Assembly (NCBI GenBank): GCA_965203175.1
Contig: OZ241867.1
Span: 6,112,001-6,176,000, forward strand
Source: Candidatus Latescibacterota bacterium
GTDB lineage: Bacteria > Latescibacterota > UBA2968 > UBA8231
Direction: 5' to 3'
Length of the DNA: 64,000 bases
Shown piece after piece: positions 40,039 to 49,777 of the stretch; position 1 is the first letter of the stretch, and the number at the start of each line of letters is the position of its first letter. The notes below the pieces were generated by a model, which was given only the letters and a program-made list of their open reading frames with translations, searched no databases and was not told where the DNA came from. The translations under genes and the position numbers were made by a program.

Positions 40039-41940
40039 ATGAGATTCTTGAAAAGTATTACTATCGGGGCTGCATCCCTGCTGCTTGCGGCAGGAACGGC
40101 CAGCGCCCAGTTCGTCCATGCTGGTAACCCCGATGTTACTAGCCTCGCCGATATGACCAGCGGCGGCAGTCCTACGGTCCTAGAGATTGAAGGCTTGGCG
40201 GATGTATCCAACTACGCGTTCGATGGTTCAGACCTAGAAATCCCTTTTACCCTTTCGGGTAGCGGCGCCACGGTCTGGCTGATCATCTATCATGCTGACG
40301 CGAGTCCTCCCTTGACCATTACCGGCGAAGGGCCAGCGCCCTATAACGATCCCGAACATCCCGATCCGGGCTGGCACGTGTACGAAGGGGTCAATCCCTT
40401 GGTGTTCAAGTCCAACGGCGAGCGCTTTGAAGAAGGCGACAACGCCATCGTTTGGAACGGCCACGACAACGACGGCAATGTGGTGCCCGCAGGAAGCTAC
40501 AAGCTGTTCCTAGCCGCCTTTGACGACGAAGCCGCACCCCATCTGGTGGCCGGTGCCGTCTTCCGCAAACTGGGGACTCCGGGTCGCTTCATCATCGACA
40601 CGGCCAACAACCGCGTCTTCGACCATACTCGCAACAACAATATGAACAACGACTGGATCGAGAACCTTGAGGGATTCGATCTGATTGACCACACTGCCAT
40701 CATTGATGCGGGCGGTGGCACGCCGCTATCCGGCGTGCCGCTCAACAGCGATATGACCGAGTTCATCGGTATCGGCCAGTCCAACCGCCTCATGCGCTGG
40801 ACCGTGGACTGGGATTCCAATCGCCTCGCTCCGGAGGAGGACTGGGGCATTGATAACGACGCCGAGAACGGCATTATCAACATTGAGGAACTGCCCGGCA
40901 GCCCAGGGCAGCGCACCCTCATCACCAATCCCGACAAGACCGTCGCCTATGTCACCGCCGGCGTGACCGGCACGGTGGCCCAAATCGTCTCCTACGACGT
41001 CGAGACCGGTGCCAAGCTAGACACTTGGGACGTGACCGACCTGTTTATCTACGATAATGCAGGCTCCGACCGCGTCGGTGGGCCGATGGAAACGGCCGCC
41101 TTTTACAATGGCGAGCCCCCTCCCGAAGGCATCACCACTACCTCCCACCACACTTCGTGCATCGTGCGCCACAGCTACAATGGCGATCTGATGTGGATGA
41201 ACCGCAACGGCGACGGCTTTGGCGATACCCGCGCCTTCAATTCGGATGACGGCACGTTTGGCGACCTGCTCTACGGCCATACCGAAGCGCCCAACTTCAA
41301 GTACTCGATTTTCGCCAACAAATGGGGCTGGGTCTCGGTCTGTGAAAACGGCTTGGATAACACCAGTTTCGGGGCCATGCTCGGTGAAGACGGCTCCGGC
41401 CTGTTCAAGTTTGAGCCCAAGGAGGCACCGCTGACTTGGTCGCAGCATGTGGCCGTGGTCGACGAGGGCGACGACTGGGACGGCGTGTACATGATTATCG
41501 GCGGTTTCGGCGATGCCTTGGCTTCCAACGAATGGGTGTCCGAGGATGTCGGCGTAGTGCCGCCCACCCATCCAGTGGCCCAGTTCCCTTATGATCAGAA
41601 GCAGGTGACTTTGGGCTCGGCTGGCACTGCGATTGCAGAGGTGGAAGGTGCTGCTACGCCCAACACTCCTGCTCTGGGTGATGCGTATCCCAATCCCTTC
41701 AACCCCGAAACCACGATTCGCTTCGACCTGCCCTGGCAAGCGCCGATCCAGATCAAGATTTACAACCAGACTGGCCAGTTGGTGCGCGTGTTGGCCAATC
41801 AGGTTATGGGTCCGGGCAAATTCACTGTCACGTGGGACGGCAGGGATGACAGCGGTGCAGAAGTATCCACTGGAGTGTACCTCTACCGGATTGAAGCACC
41901 CAATCTGCAGTTGAGTAAAAAGGTCACATTCCTCAAATAA
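40039..41940 (+). CDS. Secreted protein with N-terminal FlgD-like Ig module and C-terminal T9SS-type-A/FlgD-like domain
   Basis: RBS AAGGAG; signal peptide ASA|Q; WNGHDNDGNVVPAGSY; C-terminal YPNPFNPETTIRF...WDGRDDSG..VSTGVYLYRI...KKVTFLK. Confidence 0.85.
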   Translation: MRFLKSITIGAASLLLAAGTASAQFVHAGNPDVTSLADMTSGGSPTVLEIEGLADVSNYAFDGSDLEIPFTLSGSGATVWLIIYHADASPPLTITGEGPAPYNDPEHPDPGWHVYEGVNPLVFKSNGERFEEGDNAIVWNGHDNDGNVVPAGSYKLFLAAFDDEAAPHLVAGAVFRKLGTPGRFIIDTANNRVFDHTRNNNMNNDWIENLEGFDLIDHTAIIDAGGGTPLSGVPLNSDMTEFIGIGQSNRLMRWTVDWDSNRLAPEEDWGIDNDAENGIINIEELPGSPGQRTLITNPDKTVAYVTAGVTGTVAQIVSYDVETGAKLDTWDVTDLFIYDNAGSDRVGGPMETAAFYNGEPPPEGITTTSHHTSCIVRHSYNGDLMWMNRNGDGFGDTRAFNSDDGTFGDLLYGHTEAPNFKYSIFANKWGWVSVCENGLDNTSFGAMLGEDGSGLFKFEPKEAPLTWSQHVAVVDEGDDWDGVYMIIGGFGDALASNEWVSEDVGVVPPTHPVAQFPYDQKQVTLGSAGTAIAEVEGAATPNTPALGDAYPNPFNPETTIRFDLPWQAPIQIKIYNQTGQLVRVLANQVMGPGKFTVTWDGRDDSGAEVSTGVYLYRIEAPNLQLSKKVTFLK

Positions 41941-41954
41941 AGTGACTGACTTAG

Positions 41955-41993
41955 TAAGTGCTGCCGGCTGGTACGCCGGCAGCACTTATTTTA
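41955..41993 (+). terminator. Rho-independent terminator
   Basis: 14-bp stem TAAGTGCTGCCGGC/GCCGGCAGCACTTA, 6-nt loop, followed by TTTTAT. Confidence 0.8.
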
Positions 41994-42008
41994 TGCAGGT
42001 AAACAACG

Positions 42009-44147
42009 GTGCGAATCGATATATTCTTTCGCCTGCCAGCGATCCTAATGGCCTTGGCGCTGCTGTGCAGCAGTAGCCTTTCCGCCCAAGACCTCTCGCG
42101 TGCCACTATCTCTAGCTGGCCCACGACTACGTATTATCTCGGCTTTTTCGAATTTGCAAGCAAAACGGACGGTCAGATCCAGATTGTCGCTGGGGGCCAC
42201 TATACCCTCTATCTCAACGGCGATATAGTAGGTAGCGATCAGGGGCCTGACGCGGCACAATCCTACGAAGTTTCCTTTAAGCGCCGGGTAAATCACGTAG
42301 CCGTAACCGTCCAACACGATGGCCGGCAGAGTCCGTACGGACTGTTCTGCGTGCTGAATGGAGGAGAAGAGCATTTTGTCAGTTCGCCCACAGATCGGGT
42401 CAATCCCTGGTTCTGGACCGGCACCCCGCTTCCCAACGAGGAAGATGCGGATTGGATGACCATCCGCCAGAGGGATTTAGGGGATTACGAGGAAAACGGT
42501 GCAGCCGTGCGCTGGCAGCCCGTTCAAGCCGGCAGTCTCGATCCGGGTATCTATGCCGAGTTTGCGGACTTGGATCTGACCAGGAACTGGAGTATGGCAG
42601 GGTTCGCCGGTGGCCTAGCCGGCCATCAAGGCGGATTGCAACTGCGCGATTTGGCCGGCCAGAATATGGCCTTCAATACGCTGTCGACCGAGCCCAACAT
42701 GGTGGACGGCAACCTCAGCACTTCAGTGAATTTTCGCAAGGGAGCCGGTGCGCTTTTACAGAGTGTTGAAACTGATCTAGGCCGCCTTTTCTCCATTGAG
42801 CGGGTGCGGGTAATCACACAGCCCCCTTCGAGTAGAAACAGTTATGAAGATCTTTCGCTGCGCGGGTATAGCATTCTAGTGAGCAAGGACGGGGTCGGAT
42901 TCCTAGAAGTCGGATCGCAAAATCAGATTGCCACGTTTCAGGAGAGCGAAGTGGTCTTTCCACCCGTTCCCGCCCGCCACGTGCGCCTGACTATCACCGA
43001 GTTTTCCAATCGCAATGCTGCGCCGCGGGTGGGCGAGCTAGAAGTCTACGTTCAAGGGCTGGATCAGCAGGGCACATACCGGTCTCCCCCGCTGAATCTG
43101 GGCACCGATGATCTGAAGAATTTTGAACGAGTCCAATGGTTCGGCCAAGTGCCGTCCAACGCGGAAATGAGTCTGCGCTTTCGCAGCGGCGACGATGGCC
43201 AAGTCTGGAGCACCTGGTCGGACTGGTCGCCGGATCTCGACAGACCGCTGGACGTCCCCGAACCGCGCCGCTTCCTGCAATTCGAATCCCGCCTTGCGAC
43301 CCAAGCGTTGACGGAGGGGCCAGTGCTAGACAGCCTAGTTGTCTTCTACGACAGCGGGCCCATCCCGGCCACTCGGGCAGCGGCCTCAATTTTGCCGCTG
43401 CGCACTTCGATTGGCGTGGATACGCTTTTTACCTATACGCTTGAGTTAGACATCGGGGCCGATGATGCCGGGATTGGACGCTTGGCGATTATAACCCCGT
43501 GGCCGGCCAGTCTGGACAGGAACGATGTTCAAGGCCTAGGTGATGCTGGCATTGCCGATGTGGTGGCCAGTAATGACTCCCTAGTGTTGGTCTTCGACCC
43601 GCCTATCACCTCCGAAACCGGCACTACGGAACTGGTCATACCCTTCACTACCCGGCTGCTGGCGGCTAGCCACGCCTTCCAAGGATTGCTTTTTCCGCCA
43701 GATGCAGTTTCCTCGCTGCGGGTCCAAAAGCGCGAGGGCACCGATCCAAATACTGGATTGGCGTATTCCATTACCGCCTCGGCAACCGATTTCGCTATCG
43801 CTATCCTCGACGATGTGAAGGCCTATCCTGCAGCCTTCACGCCTAATGGCGACACCATCAACGACGAAGCCACTTTGGGCTTTGTTTTGGGGCGAGTGAA
43901 TGATGCCCAGGTCCACTTTGAAATCTACGATCTGGGCGGCCGCTTGGTCCGCACTCTCCCTGCACACAAACTCAATGCCGGGAACTATGCGCCTAGAGAT
44001 GGGCTCGACGCGAGTCTGCCTGGTCGCTGGGACGGACGCGGAGATGACGGCGCAGTACTGCCGCCCGGCTTGTACGTGTTTCGCGTTGTCGTAGATCTGA
44101 AACCCGACAAAAAAGTGGGAACGGGCGTTATAGGCCTAGCCTACTGA
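42009..44147 (+). CDS. Secreted protein with F5/8 type C (discoidin)-like domain and CHU_C/FlgD-type CTD
   Basis: Signal peptide LSA|Q; MVDGNLST...ETDLGRLFSIERVRV...ARHVRL...VGELEV; FTPNGDTIND...WDGRGDDG..LPPGLY...IGLAY. Confidence 0.82.
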   Translation: MRIDIFFRLPAILMALALLCSSSLSAQDLSRATISSWPTTTYYLGFFEFASKTDGQIQIVAGGHYTLYLNGDIVGSDQGPDAAQSYEVSFKRRVNHVAVTVQHDGRQSPYGLFCVLNGGEEHFVSSPTDRVNPWFWTGTPLPNEEDADWMTIRQRDLGDYEENGAAVRWQPVQAGSLDPGIYAEFADLDLTRNWSMAGFAGGLAGHQGGLQLRDLAGQNMAFNTLSTEPNMVDGNLSTSVNFRKGAGALLQSVETDLGRLFSIERVRVITQPPSSRNSYEDLSLRGYSILVSKDGVGFLEVGSQNQIATFQESEVVFPPVPARHVRLTITEFSNRNAAPRVGELEVYVQGLDQQGTYRSPPLNLGTDDLKNFERVQWFGQVPSNAEMSLRFRSGDDGQVWSTWSDWSPDLDRPLDVPEPRRFLQFESRLATQALTEGPVLDSLVVFYDSGPIPATRAAASILPLRTSIGVDTLFTYTLELDIGADDAGIGRLAIITPWPASLDRNDVQGLGDAGIADVVASNDSLVLVFDPPITSETGTTELVIPFTTRLLAASHAFQGLLFPPDAVSSLRVQKREGTDPNTGLAYSITASATDFAIAILDDVKAYPAAFTPNGDTINDEATLGFVLGRVNDAQVHFEIYDLGGRLVRTLPAHKLNAGNYAPRDGLDASLPGRWDGRGDDGAVLPPGLYVFRVVVDLKPDKKVGTGVIGLAY

Positions 44148-44283
44148 AGCGTGTAGGTCAATGCGTTTGCGGTCGTTTGCTGTTCACCCGAGATATCTCG
44201 GCGGGTAATTATTTTTTTGCCTCGTGTCCCGCACAAGACTCGAGCATTGGGCCACTGTAATTCACGTTATGAAACGTGCACCT

Positions 44284-46962
44284 ATGCACCATACTCTCAG
44301 CTATGCCCTTAGCGTTCTTTGCCTGCTGCTAGCGGTTGGCGCTGACCTAGTCGAGGCCCAATTTCTATCGCGGGACTATCGACGCTTGTGGGCCAATGAG
44401 CTGTTTGAAAACTACGGTGCATCGGGCTATCGCGACTATGACCTAGAAGATGAGAATCGCCGCTTCGACCTATTTGGCAACCTACTGATCGATGGCGTCG
44501 ACGTAGTTGAGTACAGCGAAATTCGCCGCGACGCGCCTGGGATTAGGGGCAGTTTTGAATCCCGCAATGCGCGCTACGATCGCTTCTTCCAGAAGCTGAT
44601 CATCGCCAACGAGGGCTTCGGTTCCTGGTCTACCCGCCTGATAATTGGAGACCACATCCGCACCTTTTTCACTCCGATGACCTTGAATCTGCCTAGCTAC
44701 AGCGGCATTCGCTGGGACGGCTCTTCTCGCAAAAGTCGTTTCAGCGTTATTGGCACGCATCTTACCGATCCGGTGCTCGCGTCGGGTTTAGGATCCCTCG
44801 AACAAAACGCAACCCAACGCCGGATCTTTGGTACGAGCCTGTTCGGCGGACACTGGGAGAGCCAGATCGGCGATATCCTTACGATAGGCTCCACCTATGT
44901 CAACGTGCACCGCTTTGACGCCGAAGCCAATGCCAAAACCAACAGCTTGCGAGGCACTGTGCCTCAGGTGATGCAGGACGGCTTGCGCAAGGTATTCGTT
45001 TTTATTAGCGACGATGCACCGTACAGAGGTTCTGGTGCCGAAGTACACCAATTGGACATGTTCGTAAACGACATCCCTGTACTGCCTGTGCGGGTGGGCC
45101 GGATCAACAACCTGCTCGAACACCTCCCAGTGACTACGGATTTGAGCAGCACGATTCTGTTGCAGCCACACGAAATCGGCTATTTACGCCGCAACCGCGA
45201 CTGGCTGCACGCAGTGGTCGATGCCAGCAATACGCCTTTTTTTCGTTCTCTACTGGCTGGTATTACCCAGGACGTAGCCCCCGCGACGCAAGCTGCTCCC
45301 CTTAGCGCCCACGACACGGACGTTATCTATTATGAATATGTCGTGCCTGATACGGTGAGCCGGATCGATTTCAGTGCCGTCGTGGCCAATGACTACAGCG
45401 TCGATGTGGTCGGAGCCGTACAGGTGCCGCTACTGGCACCGGGAGATGACGATTTTTACTACGATTGGCACAATGCGGCACGCGCCGCCGGCCAAGCCGG
45501 CCAGCGCAGCAATTTGCGCCAAATCCAATTCAACTACGGTTTTCCCACTGGCCTCTCGCTACTAGGTCTTAATTTTGCAGCCACCTTTATGGGCTTTCAA
45601 CTGCAGGGAGAACTCGCCCGCAGCACGACCTTTTTCAAGGTGCCCGAAGCCCAAGGCAAGCGCTACAAGCGCGAAAGTTCAATGTATTACGTCAACATGC
45701 TACGTCCTGTATACGACCGGGCAGAGGTGGGCTTCGAGTTGTTCGACGTGCCGCACGACTACACCACAGATTTCTCTTTGTTTTTTTCTTCAAAGGTAGG
45801 CCCCACTGTCGGCGGCCGACTCTACGATTCGTTCGCACTAGTCGAGGATAACGACGACCTAGACGACTGGCCCGACCGGGTAGAGCGCAACGATCCATTG
45901 GCACCGTATTTGAGCGCCAGCGGCCAAGGCCACGGCGTGTATCCCGGCTTCGATCCTGACGGTGACGGCGTCCTCGATTTTAATCTAGACCTGGATCGCG
46001 GCTCCGACGCTACACAGCCCTTTATAGGCTACTACGCTGAACTGCCTAGCTTGGTTTTCGGTGATGATTTCGACAACAACGGCATCGTCGATTTTCGCGA
46101 AAACGACAATCTACCCGATTACCTATATCCAGTGGACCATCGCGGCTTGCATGGTTTTGTCTCGCTGCAACCTACTGATCGCACCCAGTTGCGGCTGGGC
46201 CTATACCGGGTGCGTCAGCCGGCCCTAGGCACGCGCAACCACTCCCGTTATTTGGAAACTCAGTACCAGCGCGACTGGAAAGATTGGGGCTATGTGCGCC
46301 TTAGTTACCGCATTAAGCGGACGCGAGACAACATCCAGAATACGACCTTTTTCCCCACTTCCGATACCACCTTAAGCCCGGACCGACTAGAAAACAGGAA
46401 CAGCCTCAGCAATCAGATCTTTTTTGAGGGAGATCTGACAACTCTGCCGGCGTTGAACATACGCAATATCATCTCCTTTACCCACATCGACCTAAAGGGA
46501 CAAATCCTAGCCGATCCCGTGGCAGCCAAACCGGGCACGATGACCCGTTTTGCCATGGTGAACAAGATCGACTACACCATAAACCGGGGACGTTTCAGCA
46601 TTTTCCCCCAATTCAAGCATATCTACCAGCGGCACAAGTCGCCCGAACTCCAGATCCCGGATGCCCAGAGCCGCTGGCTCATGCCCATTCTGCGCGTGGA
46701 CTATCGGTTGACAGCCAAAACCATGCTCAAAACAGGCATCCAAGGCTTGCCCTTTTGGCACGAGCGTTTTCTCGATGCGGCCCGTCCAGAGAGCGAGTTT
46801 ACGCGGCTGACCTACACGGCATTTTTCCAAAACAAGAGCAATTACCGCGGCTACGACCTGACCATACTGTTGGGAACCTATCATACGACTAAGAAATTCA
46901 CCGGCTCGACCCGGCCCAAAGACGGTTTTCTGGAATATTTCTTTAGGGTCTATATTGGCTAA
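44284..46962 (+). CDS. Large exported hypothetical protein, putative outer-membrane beta-barrel, paralogue 1
   Basis: Signal peptide VEA|Q; alternating beta-strand pattern; Asp-rich insert; motifs shared with the next two ORFs. Confidence 0.75.
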   Translation: MHHTLSYALSVLCLLLAVGADLVEAQFLSRDYRRLWANELFENYGASGYRDYDLEDENRRFDLFGNLLIDGVDVVEYSEIRRDAPGIRGSFESRNARYDRFFQKLIIANEGFGSWSTRLIIGDHIRTFFTPMTLNLPSYSGIRWDGSSRKSRFSVIGTHLTDPVLASGLGSLEQNATQRRIFGTSLFGGHWESQIGDILTIGSTYVNVHRFDAEANAKTNSLRGTVPQVMQDGLRKVFVFISDDAPYRGSGAEVHQLDMFVNDIPVLPVRVGRINNLLEHLPVTTDLSSTILLQPHEIGYLRRNRDWLHAVVDASNTPFFRSLLAGITQDVAPATQAAPLSAHDTDVIYYEYVVPDTVSRIDFSAVVANDYSVDVVGAVQVPLLAPGDDDFYYDWHNAARAAGQAGQRSNLRQIQFNYGFPTGLSLLGLNFAATFMGFQLQGELARSTTFFKVPEAQGKRYKRESSMYYVNMLRPVYDRAEVGFELFDVPHDYTTDFSLFFSSKVGPTVGGRLYDSFALVEDNDDLDDWPDRVERNDPLAPYLSASGQGHGVYPGFDPDGDGVLDFNLDLDRGSDATQPFIGYYAELPSLVFGDDFDNNGIVDFRENDNLPDYLYPVDHRGLHGFVSLQPTDRTQLRLGLYRVRQPALGTRNHSRYLETQYQRDWKDWGYVRLSYRIKRTRDNIQNTTFFPTSDTTLSPDRLENRNSLSNQIFFEGDLTTLPALNIRNIISFTHIDLKGQILADPVAAKPGTMTRFAMVNKIDYTINRGRFSIFPQFKHIYQRHKSPELQIPDAQSRWLMPILRVDYRLTAKTMLKTGIQGLPFWHERFLDAARPESEFTRLTYTAFFQNKSNYRGYDLTILLGTYHTTKKFTGSTRPKDGFLEYFFRVYIG

Positions 46963-46977
46963 TATGGGCGGAATCAC

Positions 46978-49767
46978 ATGAGATTATCGGCTACATTGGT
47001 CCTAGCAGGAGTGATATGGTCTGCCGCTGCCGAAGCACAGCTACTATTCAGACCCGGCGAGCCCTATATCAACTATGCGTACGAAAGTTACCGCAGCTAC
47101 GAAAACCTCATCTTTGGCCGGGACCGCACGCCTCAATTCGACCCCTTGGGCCAGTTCGTGCTGAACGGGGCGACCGTGTTTCAACTACAGGAATTCCGCA
47201 CCATCCGTCCGGCCGCCGGCAGTATCATTGCCAAACCCAGGCTCTACGAGGCCTATCTCAATCGGCTAGTGATCGCCAACGATTCGTATAAAGGTGCCAA
47301 TTCACAGTTAATTGTTGGCGACCGGATTCGCACCAAGTACACCTCGCTGACCCTAGACCTGGCGGCGATGAACGGGATACGTTTGGACACTCATTTCAAG
47401 GGTGGTTCGGTGGTGCTAGCCACATCCAGAGTGGACAAACCTATTTTTGAATCTGTGCTCAACGCCGACCACAGAATTCACGGCACCGAAGGCTCTGAAT
47501 TCCGGCCGCGTTGGAGTACGTATCTGATGTCGGGGGACGTGCGCACTCAATTGCCAGGCCTAGATATGGGCTTGAGTTGGGTCAACCAATATCGCACGGA
47601 CAGTTTTAAAAAGCTTAGCGAAAACAGCTTCAAAGGCACCCTGCCCACAACGGGCAGACCGCCGGAGTGGATTGTGGTGCGCGTATCGGCTCAAGGACCC
47701 GAAGACAATGCGGGCGTACGGGTGGTTCCGCCGGTGCTAACGCTCAATGGACGCCAGATTACCCACGTGTTGGGTCCTTACGACAAGCTAGACACCGAAA
47801 CGCTGACGCTGACGGTTACAGAGCACGAAGATCGGACCATCATTCCGCCCATAACGCGCGACACCAGTAACGATCTTATCATCGATCACCCTCATATCGA
47901 ACCGACACCGCAGGGCTTTTACGAAACCCGAGGCCGGAGCAGTTTGCTATTCTGGTTTAAGGTGCCAGCTTTTTTTGCGGACAACGGCGACACCGTCATC
48001 GTCACCAAGACATATGCCAGCCTAGACGTGGCCGGCGACTACGCGATCGAGCTATCCGAGGTTTTTGACGGCCTCTCAAGGAATCCGGCGACCTATTTCT
48101 ACACTGCGGCCCAGTCGCGCGGCAGGCCAGCTAACCTCAACGACTTCAAACGAGTGCGGGTACATTATGGCCGCCAGACAGGCCGTACTCTTGCCAGCGC
48201 CCATCTAAACTGGGACATTCGCGGCTTCTCACTGAATACCGAATACGTGCGCAATTTCTCGTACCGGGCCTATCCATCTCTAGTAAGTACCAAGAATCGC
48301 CATATGTTAGACCAAAGCCAAGCTTGGTTTGCCGTTTTACGCCGGGATTGGGATAGGTTCAGTATCGGCGGCGAGGTATTTAACGTAGATGGTGAATACT
48401 CCACTGTCTTGACAGTACAGGACGATGATTTCAGGAGTTATTCTGGTTTTCTCACCAGCCCCTTTCAGTTCCCCAATAACTATCACGAACCGCGCCTGCC
48501 CACGTTTATTGGCCCGAACATAGCAGATCAGACCTATACACTCGAATTCAATACCGTGGACGACAACGACGATAAGGACCAGTTCCCCGACTCGTACTTT
48601 CTTCGCCGGACGACAAACCTAGCGACCGGAGGCCGCTTTATCGAAGATCCCGATGGGGTATTCCCGGGACTCGACGCCGATTTGAATGGCCGTCCAGATA
48701 TCAATGAGAACAACAACCAGATCCCCGACTACTTTGAGCCTTTCTTGCTCTACGATGTCAACCCCGACGCCTTCGAATGGGGGGACGACACCAACAACAA
48801 CGGCAAGATCGACGAGCGCGAAAATGACGAAAAGCCAGACTATCCGTACGATGCAGATCGCCGCGGCTTTCACGGTTTTACAACCCTTCTTCTGACCAGA
48901 GCCGTATCTGCAACGCTGGGCCATCACAATACCTGGGCACCTTTCGGGGGCGGTCGGGCAACATCCACCTATGGCAAGGTTGAGTATCGTCGTCGCATCC
49001 CCTTTCTGGTAGACTTGTATGCAGTAGAACGGCTCAAGCGCGTACAGGACGACATTGCCGACGACGTGTTCGGTCTCAGGCGCAGCCCTATCTATTTCGA
49101 GCCCGACGTGATCCCCATCGTAGCGCTGACGGACGAAGAGATTTTCAATCCTCTGGGCGAGGCCGAATTGCTGCAGGATCCGCTGCTGATGCAAGATAGC
49201 TGGGTGAATACGTTTTTTACGCGGACCCGTTTGATATGCGTCCCCAACCTGAATGTAGAACTAACAGTCAAGTACGAGAATAACTTTCAGCAAAGCACTT
49301 CCCTGCAAGCAGACAACAGGATATCCGATCTAGCCACGGTCTTCAAAGCCGACTACCTGTGGAATCCGTGGCGCGAACTGCGGGTAATTCCGCAGTTCAA
49401 ATGGCTGCGGCAACGCTTACAAGACGATGAAAACGCGCTCTTGCCGATCCACGAGAATTTTCTCTATCCCATTTTGCGGCTGGAATATCCGCTTTCCTCT
49501 CGCACGACAATAAAATTGGGAGCCCAAGGCTTTTCGTTTTTCACCAGCAAGTACCGCAATGAATTGACGCCGGAAGCGAATTTTGATTCCGCAGTGTATC
49601 TGCTGCTGTTGAGCAACAATTCTACCTACGTCGGTTATCAGCTCAACCTCAATCTGGGATATGAGAAACGCGTGCGAACATTCCTGGACCAAAAGCGCAG
49701 TATCCAAGATATCGATTTCTCGCGCCTATTCCTGCGCCTGATTGTCGGGTTACGGCCTTTGTATTGA
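46978..49767 (+). CDS. Large exported hypothetical protein, putative outer-membrane beta-barrel, paralogue 2
   Basis: Signal peptide AEA|Q; IVGDRIRTKYTSLTL, DDNDDKDQFPD, GVFPGLD, DERENDEKPDYPY, NNSTYVGY. Confidence 0.75.
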   Translation: MRLSATLVLAGVIWSAAAEAQLLFRPGEPYINYAYESYRSYENLIFGRDRTPQFDPLGQFVLNGATVFQLQEFRTIRPAAGSIIAKPRLYEAYLNRLVIANDSYKGANSQLIVGDRIRTKYTSLTLDLAAMNGIRLDTHFKGGSVVLATSRVDKPIFESVLNADHRIHGTEGSEFRPRWSTYLMSGDVRTQLPGLDMGLSWVNQYRTDSFKKLSENSFKGTLPTTGRPPEWIVVRVSAQGPEDNAGVRVVPPVLTLNGRQITHVLGPYDKLDTETLTLTVTEHEDRTIIPPITRDTSNDLIIDHPHIEPTPQGFYETRGRSSLLFWFKVPAFFADNGDTVIVTKTYASLDVAGDYAIELSEVFDGLSRNPATYFYTAAQSRGRPANLNDFKRVRVHYGRQTGRTLASAHLNWDIRGFSLNTEYVRNFSYRAYPSLVSTKNRHMLDQSQAWFAVLRRDWDRFSIGGEVFNVDGEYSTVLTVQDDDFRSYSGFLTSPFQFPNNYHEPRLPTFIGPNIADQTYTLEFNTVDDNDDKDQFPDSYFLRRTTNLATGGRFIEDPDGVFPGLDADLNGRPDINENNNQIPDYFEPFLLYDVNPDAFEWGDDTNNNGKIDERENDEKPDYPYDADRRGFHGFTTLLLTRAVSATLGHHNTWAPFGGGRATSTYGKVEYRRRIPFLVDLYAVERLKRVQDDIADDVFGLRRSPIYFEPDVIPIVALTDEEIFNPLGEAELLQDPLLMQDSWVNTFFTRTRLICVPNLNVELTVKYENNFQQSTSLQADNRISDLATVFKADYLWNPWRELRVIPQFKWLRQRLQDDENALLPIHENFLYPILRLEYPLSSRTTIKLGAQGFSFFTSKYRNELTPEANFDSAVYLLLLSNNSTYVGYQLNLNLGYEKRVRTFLDQKRSIQDIDFSRLFLRLIVGLRPLY

Positions 49768-49777
49768 GGTGCTCAAA

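Noticed and set aside
44186-44218. Terminator after 42009-44147 (palindrome CCGAGATATCTCGG plus T-run)
   Set aside because: Stem pairing is ambiguous and separated from the T tract; not confident enough to list.
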